NCBI GenBank assembly: GCA_010015805.1
Contig: ML978124.1
Location: forward strand, 2,108,001 to 2,172,000
Origin: Rhizodiscina lignyota
Taxonomy: Eukaryota
Reading direction: 5' to 3'
Length of the DNA: 64,000 nucleotides
This document shows positions 13,127 through 26,440 of this stretch, piece after piece; within the stretch, counting starts at the first letter, position 1; each line of letters begins with the position of its first letter. The notes beneath the pieces were generated by a model. It had not been told where the DNA came from. It did not search any database and was given only the letters and a program-made list of their open reading frames with translations. The translations under genes and the position numbers were made by a program.

Positions 13127-14979
13127 ATGGCATACCACCGATCAGTTCTCTCCGGTGTGTGGCACAGACCGCAGAAGAGACCATGGCTCCTCAAGTACAG
13201 GAGCTCGAAAATCTTCCTGATGGTTACCGTCTCCTTCGCAGTCTTCACTGTAAGCCACTCATCATCTATCCACCGATCCTGCATCCGTGTGTTGGCTGAT
13301 CGTTTTATTTACTAGGATATTTTCCTCTACGCTGTTATTATTCCCGTTATACCGTTTACTCTTAATAGCCGCGCGGGGATCACCCAGGATCGAGGTAGGA
13401 ATCTTGATGGATCTGTACTACTGGATCAAGGCACGCTGACTTGCACGATAGTTCAATTCTGGACCTCTATTCTCGTTGCCTGCTACGGCGCAGCTCTCCT
13501 CGCCGCTTCTCGTGAGTAGAGACATCACCTGACGTTCAGGATGAAGTACTGACGCTGTCCGAAGCAATATGCGGTTACCTTGCAGATCAGCTACCGAATC
13601 GTCGAAGCTCCATGCTGTTCGGCCTTGTCACTCTTACCGGCGCTACAGCCCTATTGCAAGTCGGCTCTAATATCGGCCTAATGATCTGTGGTCGGGTCTT
13701 GCAGGGTGTCTCTGCGGCTATAGTCTGGACTGTTGGACTGGCGTTGCTCGTCGACACTGTAGGCCAACGAGAAATTGGAATGGCCATGGGCTGGGTCGGC
13801 ACCAGCATGAGCATCGCCCAGCTGGCAGCACCAATGCTAGGTGGAGTGGTCTTTGATAAGGGCAGCTACAACGACGTGTTCTCGATGGCCTACACGTTGC
13901 TCGGCCTGGACATTGCCTTCCGCATGCTTATGATTGAGAGAAAAGAAGCCAGGCGATGGGATGACCTGGACTCGGCACTCCCGCCAGCCTTCACAGGGAC
14001 GCGCTGGCCTACACCTTCACCAATGCCGCCCCAGCATCCCGCCGACGAGAAGATCACTCCTCCTGCCGCTCTACGCATAGACATGTCCTTGGTCACCGCA
14101 CTTCCGCGCCCTCCACCAGTGGTAACGAGCCCACTTTCTCCGCATTCACCCATATTTCCCGACCTCCCATCTCCAGCGTCCACCGAGGCCTCATTCTCAG
14201 CGTGTCTGAAGCCACTCAGTCCCCGTTATCACAACTTACCGCCGCTAATAACACTCCTTTTCTCACGCCGTCTACTCTCTGCGCTTTGGGGAGTCATGGT
14301 CCAAGCCGCGCTCCTTGCCTCATTCGACTCTACTATTCCTATCTACGTAAGCCAGATCTTTGGCTGGAACTCCACTGGTGGAGGCCTGATTTTCCTTCCT
14401 CTTTTACTTCCATCTTTACTTAATCCTTGGATCGGCACACTGGTCGATAAATACGGTCCGAGGTGGTTCGCCACTAGTGGATATCTGCTTGCCGCGCCTT
14501 TCCTAGTCTTGTTGCGATTTATTGTCACGAATGATATGGTGACGAAAGTACTGTTCTGTACGCTGCTAGTGTTAATCGGTCTGAGTCTGGACCTTATCAT
14601 TGGACCCTTGATGGCCGAGATATCGTTGGCGGTCGAAGACAAGGAATTGAGAAACCCCGGGATGTTTGGGGAGAAGGGAGCATATGCGCAGGTGAGTCAT
14701 TTGCATATACATCTGTTTTGCGATAATGGCTATGAGCTAATCGTCTGATAGGCGTATGGTCTCTTCAATGCAGCTTTCGCAGCTGGATGTCTTGTAGGTC
14801 CGATATGGGGTGGAATGATCAAAGAACATGCTGGATGGGGAACGATGACATGGACTCTGGGACTGTTGAGTGGTGTAACGGCCGTTCCGACGATGATCTG
14901 GTGCGGGGGCTCCATTTTCAAGAAGCGCAGAGCCAGAATGCGGGACGACATAGACAGAGCCGACGAGTACCAAATATAA
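13127..14979 (+). CDS. MFS transporter, vesicular amine transporter-like
   Basis: Introns 13250-13315, 13395-13451, 13512-13564, 14692-14751. 'GRVLQGVSAAIVWTVGLALLVDTV', 'GAYAQAYGLFNAAFAAGCLVGP'; Pro-rich central loop. Start codon is tentative. Confidence 0.88.
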
Positions 14980-15222
14980 TGAAGTACTATCAAATTCGAG
15001 AACTCTAGCAACATGTGAGGTACGGCCTGAAAAGAATGATTGTCAACAAAGTCAAATGTGTCTGCGGGACTGTTCTGCTAAGTCTGAAATCCTTAGGTAT
15101 GCTGACAGGATCCCGAGGGAGAAGAACAGCTAAAGGAGGATGTAACAAGTAACTACCAAACCTATGCTAGCAAATACGTAAAGTGGTAGCGCCTTAATAA
15201 AATTCCAGAAACCCCAGGCATG

Positions 15223-15589
15223 TCAGTAAAGGCACTCATGTGCGGCATATGTAACTGCATTTCCTGCCTTCCCCTGCGCTTCTTCAAGCTGTGCAATACG
15301 TCTGTCACGCTCCGCAACCATCCTACGTAGCAGTGCCCTTTCATCCTGAAGGACTTGCGCCTCGGCCTCGGATCTTTCATTCCTCTCCTCAATATATACG
15401 ATCCTGCGCCTTTGCGCTCTGAAACGCTCTTGCAATTCTCGCAAGGTCTTCTGCTTCTTTGGGCTCGACAGAAAACTACGAACAGAAGTATTAAACTCAA
15501 GATAGCTTGAAATGTTCCAGGCTTTCCTTTGATCTCCTTGCATGTTTTGATGCGATTTTTACTTGAGCACGGGAGGCCCCAGGAGCCAT
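15223..15589 (-). CDS. Possible small coiled-coil hypothetical protein (gene model unresolved)
   Basis: Charged heptad-like stretch LRELQERFRAQRRRIVYIEERNERSEAEAQVLQDERALLRRMVAERDRRIAQLEE. I could not link it cleanly to a start codon or splice model. Confidence 0.3.
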
Positions 15590-16301
15590 ACTGAGGTTAA
15601 AGAGACTAGATATTATTTTCCAATCTATCGACGCGTTCGAAAGGTTTGCTGTCACCAGGGAAGACAGTTGTACATACATCGGTGAGGAGAAAAGAAGAGA
15701 GCTGAAATAGTGCGGTTACGATAAGATGAAGGACCAGCGACTCCGGCGCACCACAGCTGAGTTCCGAACATTTCAACTCAACCTCCGAATTTCCTCTCGT
15801 CACCCCCAGCCTCTCCCTGACGGAGTGCCGAAATCAGCGTATCTAACGTGGCCCTAGACTATCCTAGACCATGTATAATAACGACCTAAATGGGCTTCAT
15901 GGGTGGTTGATAGGGCTCCAGCGCGTTTGGCCCTCATTTTAGACCATTCTTTCTTCAACTTTAATGCTTCATGAATTCTCAGATACTATCGCAGTTCGGA
16001 TGGTAAAAGACGCCGAGCCTTAAGACAGCGGATTTCCTCTATCCCTACTTCCTTATAGTCGTTGCTTCTCGATTTTGACTGCATGACGAGTAGGAGCGCA
16101 TCGGCCTGCTCTTGCCAAATCTCCTTGATTGTTGACTGCTGCGCCTCTAAAAAGAGTACCTATATGCGTCATGTTTTTCTTTCAATTCCTTATCATACCT
16201 CTCATTACCATCACTTTATCTCTCTGCCCTCCATACTTTATGCCTAGCACTCGTCGAGCTGATCGTTTAGAAGCGACCCGCGCAGAGCGGAAGCTTGCGA
16301 C

Positions 16302-19300
16302 ATGGTTCTAAATTCCGATAACCTGGTTCAGACTTTTGACGACTGGGACCATCGAAAGAAACGTGATCTCAGCGTTGCAGGCTCGATATCTGTCTCTCGA
16401 TCTACAAGTTTCGCCCGCCCTCACTCAATTGCCGAACCCTCTGTCAACGCCCGATCCTTGAACACTACTACAGCCACGCCTCTCACTCCCATGGTTGACC
16501 GCCGGGATACGCTTTGGAGAGAGAAGTCACTGAAGCACCGCTTGCCATGGCTTGATGGCAAGGGGGCCAGTCCGCGCGTGAAAATTCCTGGTAGCTTCGA
16601 CTTCGACTCGGAAACTTCCAGAGTTACAACATCCAGCTCAGAACACTCCCGAGCGCCGCTGCCAAAGGGCAGCAATACGGGATTCCTAAAACGAGACCCT
16701 AGCCTGCGAGCTATTGGTTCTGTTCCTGTTCTTAATCTTCCCAAGCGGCCGTCAGTAACACGCGAGGTGTCGTCGGTGTGCTCCGATCGTGGGAGGCTCT
16801 CTACGATCCGGGGGCCTGATTTAGAGATTGACAGCTCGAGCGGATCCTTATTTAATCGTAATGAGGATGACATATCTCCGACTTCCAAAGTTCGCCACAG
16901 TCTTCCGAATCCTCTTATTCCGGACCCCATCAACCCTGGCAGTCGGCAAAGCAGCCATGGACACAGGGCCTCTTTGAATGAAGCAGTCACTGGTTTGGAC
17001 AATCTAATGCAAGAAGCCATTCAAGTTGCACAAGATGCGGTAGATCAAGGCCGTCCTGAAGAATTTTCTGAAGTATTGGAAGAAGCAACGGAAGCACTTC
17101 GCCGTGCCTCAACTATCTCCAATCGTCACCACGCCAATCTATTGCAGCCTCTTCCAACATCAGAGTCCGAGTCCGAATCTGATTATGATGCATCAACAGA
17201 TGAGTCGGAAAATGGCACCTTGGTCGATCCTGAGACCGGACGTTCCTCCGGAACAATGCTCAGCACAAGGGTACTCCCAATACCGGTTTCTGTTCGTCCA
17301 TATCGAGAAGAGCAGCTGCATTCAGAACATGTCGATGCGGTGGATAACTCCCTACCTGGCACCCCTCCACGTTTCTATCATCCTCCATCACACGATTCAA
17401 CCGTCAAAGATTTTGCGTTGGTGGGCTCTGAACCGCTGTCACCAAACGAGCGACCAACGGCGGCTCGTCGACTGCAGACGCACCATGATAACGTACCTAT
17501 AGAACCACTTCCAATTCAGCAAAATACCAGGAAGAATGTGGACAATGTTATCCGAGCGGTTCCACCTCGGCAAAGCTCTCGGCCGCGTCGTCCAAGTGTA
17601 GATATTGAGGCGACGCCTAATCCGTGGGCACCCCGACATCATAACACCGACCTTGATGTTGACTACGATGCGATGCCCCGAAGACGCCGCACGGGCAGAC
17701 ACCTGGACGTTGCCGAAGAAGATTTTCAGGAGCCAAGGAGACAAAAGCGACATTACCGCAACCTTGATCCGGACACGAAGGGCTTGAGCCTCAGACATCG
17801 CAATCACTTCAGCCTTCGGTCTCACCAAGGATTCAGCTTCGGCCATCACATTCGCCGCCAGCCAGTCGCACGGAAATGGCGTACACTTCGCAAACGTATC
17901 ACCGCTACCATTGCTTGCATCAGCACCGGGTTTGTTGGATTTGTGGTTGGAGTGTACGCTGGAGAAGTGCCACGCATTCAGTACCAAGTGATAGACCCGC
18001 AGCATTACATCATCCAAGGAAACATTTATCTCTTCATCGGCCTGGCGATCTCTACATTCTTCTTTTGGCCGCTGCCGTTACTCCACGGTCGTAAGCCATA
18101 CACTCTTGCCGCTCTTGCGTTGGCTCTTCCGCTCCAATTCCCACAAGCCGTCCTTGTCAGCGCAGTGAGAGTTCCAAGCGAATCCAGTTTTCGCCGTGGT
18201 CTACTGGCTGCACGATTCTTCTCTGGAATGGCCCTTGGATTTGCCAATATCAACTTCATCACGACCCTCTTTGATCTCTTCGGCGCTTCGCTGCAAAGCT
18301 CAAATCCGCATCAAGAACTTGTCTTCATTGACGATGTCCGCCGCCAAGGCGGTGGAATGGGTATCTGGCTTGGAATCTGGTCCTGGTGCTTTATCGGGTC
18401 TATTGCACTCGGCTTCTTAGCCGGCGCTGGCATCATTGCACACTTGAATCCAGACTGGGGGTTTTATCTCACAGTTATAGTTGGCGCATGCATACTCATT
18501 CTGAATATCCTTGCACCTGAGACCCGGCGCTCGCCTTACCGACGCTCCTTCACTGAGTTCATCGACGGAGAGGAGAAAATTCAAAGGCGTATTGCAAGAG
18601 GAGAAGTCAAGCTTCATCTGGAAGCAGACGGCCCAAAGTGGTGGGGAGAAGAGATTTGGGCTGGTATCAGGTTGAATGTCAAGATGATTTTCCAAGCCGG
18701 CTTCTTTGTTCTGGCATCTTACTTGGGTTGGACTTACGCGCAAATCGTGCTTGTCATTGTGGTTCGTCTACTACTACAACATCATTACAAACGGCTTCTT
18801 GCTTACTCAAACACAGCTCCTTGGATCACTACTTTCGAGAGACTACACCATGCGTCCTCAATATGTCGGTGCAGGTGTCATGGCCGTTGGAATAGGTGCG
18901 CTCCTTGCCGTGCCGCTGTCCAAGGCAGGATGGTTTAGCCGTGATCGAACAAAAGGTCCACGAACGGACAGCATGACATTTGAGAGACAGGTGACATGGA
19001 CATCTCACATGGTCCGTCGAATCATCTTCATGCTTGTCTTGCCGCTGGCAGGTCTTGCATACACGCTGTCGTCCCCTGGGTCATCTGTCCACTGGATTGC
19101 ACCGATTATGTTTGCCGGACTCATTGGATTCCTCTCGAATCTTGGCATTGCTGAATGCATCGGCATCATCATGGAGACGTACGACACTAGCGATCTCCAA
19201 CCAGGTGCAAACAGCAGACACCGCCTGGCGAGTATGGCGTCGAATGTGAAGCGGCGGCGCACAAACTATTCCTCATTTCCTCGTGTTACATCGGGTGTTT

Positions 19301-19680
19301 TTGTCGCTCAGACTTTGGGATTTCTCCTCGCAGCTGGAGCGACTGGTGTCGGAGGTGTAATGACGCGCACACTGAGCGCACAAAAAGCAACAGCTATCAC
19401 TGCGGGCATTCTCCTTTTCATCACGATCCTTCTGACCATCGTGCTGTTCCGTTTCAAGAGAGTCCAAGTCATTCCAAACCACACATTCGGCACCAGAAAG
19501 AATAGTAGAAAGGCCAGTCAATGGAATGTGGAAGAAGATGAATATTGGAAGCCAGTGGTCATTGGCAATCCGAGCGGGAAGATGAGGAGAATGAGCATCT
19601 TGGAGCTTGGAAAGCTGAGCCGGTGGACGGAAATTCGAAAGCTGAATCATTTGATCAGAGAAAAGAGTCGCGAAACCTAG
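16302..19680 (+). CDS. MFS transporter with a very long disordered N-terminus
   Basis: About 530 aa of low-complexity N-terminus, then TM helices ('WPLPLLHGRKPY', 'APETRRSPYRR'). Intron 18762-18816 joins ORFs 16302 and 18706. Confidence 0.87.
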
Positions 19681-20090
19681 CTTTCACAAGAAACCTAGAG
19701 GCTACATTAGAGACAAGAACTCCTACACTCAATCCTATGTTATTATTCATGTCCACATCTATCTTCTTGGTCCATGAGAAGCGCGACCTAGACGCGCGCT
19801 TATGCGCATGAATAGGGTTAGCCGCTGCCTATTGCAGCTGCGGAACATGTGTGGCTGGGAATGTGTGCCTTCCATCTCGGGCAACATCTACCAACGTCAA
19901 CTCACTTTCTTCGGCCTATTCCAACTCTTTTCAGCGGCAGAGCCCTTTGAATTGGAGAGAAATATAGTTCACAGACACTTCGCTCACAATAGCATGGCAC
20001 CGTGTCGGTAGTTGAGCCTTTCTGAACTTCACCCAACTTATACAACCTTACCACGAACCTCAATTTAGCCTTTCCTCCCACCGATCTGAG

Positions 20091-20861
20091 ATGGCGTCGC
20101 CATCAACCGCCGATGCGCCCGTGAACGGCGTATCAACCCCGATCCAAAATACTCAAACCACTTCACAGCCGAATCCTAATCCATCACCACCAACCACTCA
20201 GGCATCGCAAACCCTCGAGAACGGCGCACCCAATCCAGCTTTACCTGCACATCATGCGACCTCTGCCACCGATGCGGGTCTCTCGAAGCGGCCTCGCGAC
20301 GCGCGCATCATTCACCTGCTTCTCACTGCGATGGGCGTCAAAGAATACCAGGAGCGCGTGCCGCTTCAGCTCTTGGACTTCGCATATCGATATACGGCTG
20401 GAGTATTAAGCGATGCGCTAGCACTCAGCGCAGAAGGCTACGGTGGACATACAACGACCGGAAAAGGCGCGAGAGCAGACGACAGCACGGTATCGTTGAC
20501 AGCGCTGAGGCTTGCGATCTCGAGCAGGATGCAGTATCAGTTTAACCCCGCCCTACCGAAAGAGTTCCAGGCGGATTTGGCGAGTGAGCGAAACAAGATA
20601 GCCCTCCCACGGCCAGAGCGAGAGTGGGGTTTGAGACTCCCTCCAGAGAGATACTGTTTGACGGGTGTGGGTTGGGGAGTCAAAGACGAGTGGGAGAGCG
20701 AGGGCGAAGCGGATGTGGAGATGGAAGGACAGGCTTCGAGACAAATTGACGGCCCCGCTGATGAAATCATGGGTGAGGGCGGAGAGGAAGTTAACCAAGA
20801 GGAGTTCGAAGATGTGATGGGCGTGGGCGGTGGAGGCGATCAGGACATGGCCGAAGGCTAA
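20091..20861 (+). CDS. TAF9: TFIID/SAGA subunit TAF9
   Basis: Histone-fold motif RPRDARIIHLLL...YQERVPLQLLDFAYRYT..VLSDA, plus 'ERNKIALP' and 'LRLPPERYCLTG'. Confidence 0.95.
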   Translation: MASPSTADAPVNGVSTPIQNTQTTSQPNPNPSPPTTQASQTLENGAPNPALPAHHATSATDAGLSKRPRDARIIHLLLTAMGVKEYQERVPLQLLDFAYRYTAGVLSDALALSAEGYGGHTTTGKGARADDSTVSLTALRLAISSRMQYQFNPALPKEFQADLASERNKIALPRPEREWGLRLPPERYCLTGVGWGVKDEWESEGEADVEMEGQASRQIDGPADEIMGEGGEEVNQEEFEDVMGVGGGGDQDMAEG

Positions 20862-21317
20862 TCTCGAATTTTGGTTATGCATTACGTTGGACGCTGCTAA
20901 GATACGAAATAAGGGGAGGTTCAACATGACTTGGCTACGCATGGCGTTCAGGTTTTGATCGGATGGACAGATCAAAAGGACATGGATGCTGTACAATATG
21001 TCGCATCATTGCGATTATCGCATTAGTAGATATCAAAGAGGAGATCATACCATAATTCTCCTTGCCTGGCTCTAGATCAAGCCAGCCTTTCAATCATGAA
21101 AACATAATACAGAACGCCGATCCATGCGATATGTACAAAGGGCCGTCCGAGGAACAGCTCGCTCTTGAATATCTTCTCGCGTCCCCGAACCGGCGCCCTA
21201 TCAAGGGAAATACGTTCCAGCTTGACTAGCACCCAGGTCGGCATGTCAACGAGCTGCTCTTTCCCAGGCCCTTGCGAGCGGTAAACTGTACAGCTCTGTC
21301 AACTGCGTTGCAAGATG

Positions 21318-21809
21318 TTATGATTTCTTCTCAATCGGTCTTCCTTGCTCGTCCACACCCCAGTATTGTCTCTTTAGCTTCAACTTCTCTTGTCGTTCGG
21401 CCTCCTCCTTCTCCTTCTGCCTCCTTCGTTCATTCCTCGTCGCAAACCACTCTTCTCTTGCACGGTCTTGTTCGTCCTGTGTAGCATGCGCGACCATGCA
21501 GCCGTTCATAGCAAGACGTTGGGTTCGGCATGCCCATGTTGCGGACACGGTACGGTTCGCAGCACAGCTTGCGAATTCTGATCAACGTTAGACAATGCAG
21601 ACTTCACTTTCGGCCCGTTCTAGAATCTTCACAGGAGAGCAGTGCACACCTTTGATTTCAGCAGCGCACTCTGCTCTCACGCGCCTGTAGTATATGTCCC
21701 GGACCTGCTGCTCTTGACTGGAGGAGAGAGGGAGCGGATTTCGAGTGTATATAGGGCGGTTCAAGGCGTCGGAAGGATCGGAGGAGGAGGGAGATGCCAT
21801 GGTTGCCAT
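21318..21809 (-). CDS. CMC1: Twin CX9C mitochondrial COX assembly protein, Cmc1-like
   Basis: Intron 21649-21578 gives RAECAAEIKEFASCAANRTVSATWACRTQRLAMNGCM, i.e. two CX9C motifs. Confidence 0.85.
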
Positions 21810-22121
21810 TGAGGCACTGAGCAAGCTGAAGCTCTACTGCTACCGTGATGGCGCCGCCATAGCTGTCTAATCGAGTGCTGCTGTCGGATCTGCAGGACGA
21901 TGTTTGAGCTTTCGAAGACAATACTGGCTAAGCTCGAATAGGTAATGAGGACAGATGTTAAACGCATTAAGCGACCCGTTTTCATATGCACACCGCGTTT
22001 GTTAAGCGCTTAGCGTTGGATGCCGCTACTCGTCACATGCTTGATATATATTAAATATGAAGCTTACAGGTCTGAAAGCCTTGCGCAACCATCATTGCAC
22101 ACAGTATCACACCAGCTCAAC

Positions 22122-22981
22122 ATGAAGATTGAAAACCGCACGTTCGTCGTCTCCGGAGGCGCATCTGGACTTGGAGAGGCGACAGTCCGCATGCTCCACG
22201 CCAATGGCGGCTTCGTATCAATACTAGACATGAACGCCGAATTAGGAAACAAGATTGCGAATGAATTGTCGCCTCGGGTCGTTTTCTTCAAATGCGACGT
22301 CACAGACACGGACAGTATAGCGCAGGCAGTCAAAGGGACGATGGAGTGGGTTGGGAAGACAGGGAAGGAGTTGGGAGGATGCGTTCCAGCCGCTGGTGTG
22401 GGCTTTCCAGGAAAGGTGAGTTCACATAAGTCAATCAGTGTCCAGAGATTTGATGAGTGATCGTATTGATTGAGAACGTATAGATTATAGATAGTCGATC
22501 AGGCGAACCGATACCCATCTCTTCAGTCGATCTGGTTCTTAAAATCAATCTTCGCGGCACAATCGACCTCATGCGACAAGTATCCGCCCATCTTATCAAA
22601 GTCACTCCTACTGCCCCAGACGGTGAGCGTGGGGTGTTTGTCATGGTCGCTTCCTCCGCAGCATATGATGGCCAGCCGGGTCAGATGGCCTACTCTGCCT
22701 CAAAGGGAGCAGTGGTAGCCATGACTTTACCAATAGCAAGAGATCTTGCACGGTACGGAATCCGCGTCGTCACCATTGCACCAAGCCTGTTCAAAAGCGC
22801 CATGACAGCGTATCTATCCGAAAAGGCGCTGAAGAGCTTAGAGCGGGTCATGGAATGGCCAGTCAGGCCAGGAAATCCAGATGAGTTTGCGCGGACGGTG
22901 AAGGATAGCATCGAGAACGTGATGCTTAACGGCACCGTGATTCGCTTGGACGGTGCAATGAGGATGCCGAGCAAAATGTAG
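22122..22981 (+). CDS. SDR, 3-hydroxyacyl-CoA dehydrogenase type-2 (HSD17B10-like)
   Basis: SGGASGLG Rossmann motif, 'DGERGV', 'AAYDGQPGQMAYSASKG' (YxxxK), 'MLNGTVIRLDGAMRM'. Intron 22416-22483. Confidence 0.92.
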
Positions 22982-23006
22982 ATAATCGGATAGAAGGTCG
23001 TGCATT

Positions 23007-23825
23007 TCAGCGCTTGCGCTCCCGAATTCTGAACTTGACACCGTTCTTGTTGACTCCCCCCACACTATTGTTCATCTTGGCCCTTTGTACTTCGAGCTCT
23101 CGCTCCGCTGCTTCAAGGTCGCGCTCTTGAGCCTTGATCTTCTCGAGATACCCAAGTCGACCTTCTTGTCCCTTCAACCGTCTCTTCGCTTGCCTTTTTC
23201 CCTCTTTCTCGGCCTCTTGCTCTGCCTGGATTGCTTTCTTGGATCGCGGACGAGGGACTATCTCCGATGTAGCTTCCACGGCATGGTCGACATGATGTTT
23301 TGGTCTATTGAATGACATGCTAAGGCCTTTAGCATCCGTGTCAAAGAATTCTTCCGCATCGAACTCCCTCTGCGCTTCGACGTCGTCCACGAAGACAGTG
23401 TGCTTCCCTTGCCCGCCGCCTTTGAGGGCATTGATTGCTCCGTCCTCCTCATTTTCTAATAGCTGGATTTCGCTTTCAAGCCTTTCCCGTTCTTTCTTTG
23501 TAGCCTGCAGCATCGTCCTCAAGTATCCAGCATCTTGCGTCTTCATTAGCTTGACCGCTTCCTGGCTCAGCGCCTTGTTGCCTCTATCTCCAATCTTCTC
23601 GCCCTTCACCGTCTTCGTACTCATCATCCCGAAGGCAAATTCATCTGGATTCCGGTTCGCGGCCTTCTGCCGTAATATCTTAAGGCGTTTCTTCTTCTCT
23701 GCAAAGTCGCGAGCGCGCAGGGAGTAGTCAGAATGCTTTTCGAGCAGGCCCAATTTTTCGCGTCCAGCGGGCTGAGCACGCTCGCGGTGATTACGGCGCT
23801 GCACCGCATTTCGAAGAGACGACAT
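23007..23825 (-). CDS. UTP11: U3 snoRNP / SSU processome protein Utp11
   Basis: MSSLRNAVQRRNHRERAQP..R.KLGLLEKHSDY..RA.DF, 'RNPDEF.FGM', 'KTQD.GY', C-terminal RERKR. Confidence 0.95.
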   Translation of the reverse strand: MSSLRNAVQRRNHRERAQPAGREKLGLLEKHSDYSLRARDFAEKKKRLKILRQKAANRNPDEFAFGMMSTKTVKGEKIGDRGNKALSQEAVKLMKTQDAGYLRTMLQATKKERERLESEIQLLENEEDGAINALKGGGQGKHTVFVDDVEAQREFDAEEFFDTDAKGLSMSFNRPKHHVDHAVEATSEIVPRPRSKKAIQAEQEAEKEGKRQAKRRLKGQEGRLGYLEKIKAQERDLEAAERELEVQRAKMNNSVGGVNKNGVKFRIRERKR

Positions 23826-23969
23826 TTCGAATTGAGCGCTCGATCAGGACAAATGTTGGTGCAGTGAAGGAAGTCGGTGTCCGCGGCATTTTCTGGGAAG
23901 TTGGGGCGAAGAAATAAAAATGGGGCTTGAGATCTGATTAGATATGATTATTGCTCCCCTAACACCTTC

Positions 23970-23985
23970 ACGCGTTTCGACGCGT
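23970..23985. promoter_or_regulatory. Tandem MCB (ACGCGT) elements
   Basis: ACGCGT at 23970-23975 and 23980-23985, about 50-65 bp upstream of the F-box gene ATG. Confidence 0.55.
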
Positions 23986-24036
23986 TCTTCGATCTTCTCT
24001 CTTACACTCACATCGTCAAACGAAAAGACTGTCGCA

Positions 24037-25887
24037 ATGCCGCAGATTCTGAGTCCGGATGCTCATGTAGAGCAAGGCGAGTTCTATTACAGAAAAAAGA
24101 AATACGAACTGGCTTTACAATCGTTCAATAAAGTGAGTACTTGCCGTCTTATGCAAATTCCATATCAACTTCAAACTGACATTCTTCAGGCAAGGCATGC
24201 TTACGGAGACAACATTCCAATGATTCTGCTGAACCATCGGGCGGCGACTCTGGAAAAGCTGGGGCATCTGGATTTGGCCTCTCGAGAAGCACTCAATATG
24301 ATCAACTTATATCCCACAGATGCCAGTGGTTATCTACGCAGAGGAAGAATCCATGAAAAGAGCGACAAAGATTCTGGCCTCCGGAAAGCCTTCGAAATCT
24401 ACTCTATTGGCCTCCTAACGGTGCCACTCGACCATGAACACTACAAGCTATTACATGCGAAACAAAACAAGCTCAAGCGACAACTCTTTCCTCAGGACAC
24501 GGACCCCATTTCGGTGCTCCCAGTTGAGTTGAACATTATGATATTCGACTACCTAAGCTTCTCTGAAATTGTTTCCTGCCTCCGAGTCTCGAAGAAGTGG
24601 GCGAATTATCTCACAGCGGAACCGCGATACTGGCGAGACCTTGATCTCAGCAACGCAAGGAAGACAGTGCCATACAAGTCAATTGCAAAATACAGAGCAT
24701 ACAGTCAGAACAAAATTACACGCGCCACTCTATATCGACACTCGGACTCAAGGACCCTGAGCTGGCTTGCACTACGTTCCCCGCTACAGTCACTGGACTT
24801 CCGCGCCGACAGCTATGGCCCAAATTCAATTATCTCCGCCCTTCAAACGTCCTTCCAGAACAGTGCATCGCTTACTTTTCTGCATGTTGGCCAAAGCATG
24901 ACGCTCAGCTTGGCGACTGCTGTAGATGCTCTGGCAGCATGCCCATCGTTGAACTCCGCTTGGTTCGATCGCATCCATCGAAACCGTAATGCCGTGATCA
25001 ATTGGCCAAACCTACCAAACCTGCGTGATGTGAGGTTTAACGCCATTGAAAACGTCCAGCATGGCCAGAATGCTGGGTATAGTCCTCAATTGGTTAGTAC
25101 CCTTCTTTCCCATCATCAAGAACGCCGTGTTATACTTGCTAAATAGTATACATAGTCGAAACTCCTGCAACGAGCGCCCAATCTTGAGACGTTCGTATAC
25201 GAAGAGCCAAAATTCCGTTTCCATTGGGAGTCTCATTCTCTGGACTCAGTGCAACATCTTCAGAGATTCTTCGTCCGCGGTGACGTACAGCCGTGCAGTT
25301 TTCCAAGAAGTCTGAAGCACATCAAGCTGCAGTCAACATCGGTATATCGCAATCGTGCGGCTCCTATAGTCTCGAACTTACTGCAGCTCCCTCTTCTAGA
25401 GACCCTCGAAGCTTCTGGGGCAGCCGCTGGTACTACACATAAACTCCTTGCGAGCGCTCCGCTAGGTTCCACGACCCCCCCGCTGCGCCGATTGGTGCTG
25501 AATTACATCGATTGTCCACTTCCACACGGCATAGCCATTACCCTCAAGGACATACTCAAGCAATGCCCCAACATCGAAGAGCTTGGTCTGGAGAGCTCCG
25601 AGCTTACTGACGAGATTGCGGAGACAATCCCCGACATCTTGCCCCGCCTCCGTCGCATCGGGCTTGCATGGACTCAGATCACTGGTGTGACAATCAAGGC
25701 ATTAGTTCAGAAACTGCCAAAAGGCCAATTGGAATTCCTCGACGTCAGTTATTGCCAAAGTCTAAGTCCAGACGCAGTGGACTGGGCAAAAGCGCAAGGA
25801 GTGAGGGTGAAGTATTCGATGGCGGAGGGATTCTCTGGAAACGGGAGAAGGGTTCAATACGGGTACACTGTGTCCACACACCGATGA
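24037..25887 (+). CDS. TPR + F-box + LRR protein (Dia2/Pof3-like)
   Basis: N-terminal TPRs (GEFYYRKKKYELALQSFNKA; RAATLEKLG), F-box DPISVLPVELNIMIFDYLSFSEIVSCLRVSKKW, C-terminal LRRs. Introns 24133-24189 and 25093-25155. Confidence 0.85.
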
Positions 25888-26440
25888 GATTGGATAACTA
25901 AGTTGGCTTCTTTCATAGGAGCCTAAGGAGCGGATAGGAAGTATTCGATGGCGGGGGGCAATGGAGCAGGGGTCATGGAGGTGCGATACCGACGAATGTT
26001 TTCACTTTTTTCTGCTTTGCGATTGTTCATACCAGTCTCTGACGAGGAGACTTGATGATGTTATGAACGACGAACTGGGTCTGCTTTCTCGTACAACGAG
26101 AAATTACCAAAAAAAGTACCTTCTAGCGTGGTGTCAATAAAGCACAACACATAGCTCAGTTTGCGAGGATACATACATACCAGAAGACAAACACCAAAAG
26201 TCTCTATGAGAAACTTCCTGAAAACTTGGTATGACGTTTGATCTCGACCAGTGCAGGTGAACCCGCCCCGCACGCGAGCTTCTATTTGACGCACTATCAC
26301 GATGAGCACGGCGGCGTAGACACCTCTACGGATGGGTTATGTGCGAATATCTCTTGTATTGGATCAGAACGGGGCTAGCATTAGATTACGGGAGGCTAAC
26401 GACTGGCTTGATGATAGTTGGTTCGCTCCCTCTGCTTTAA

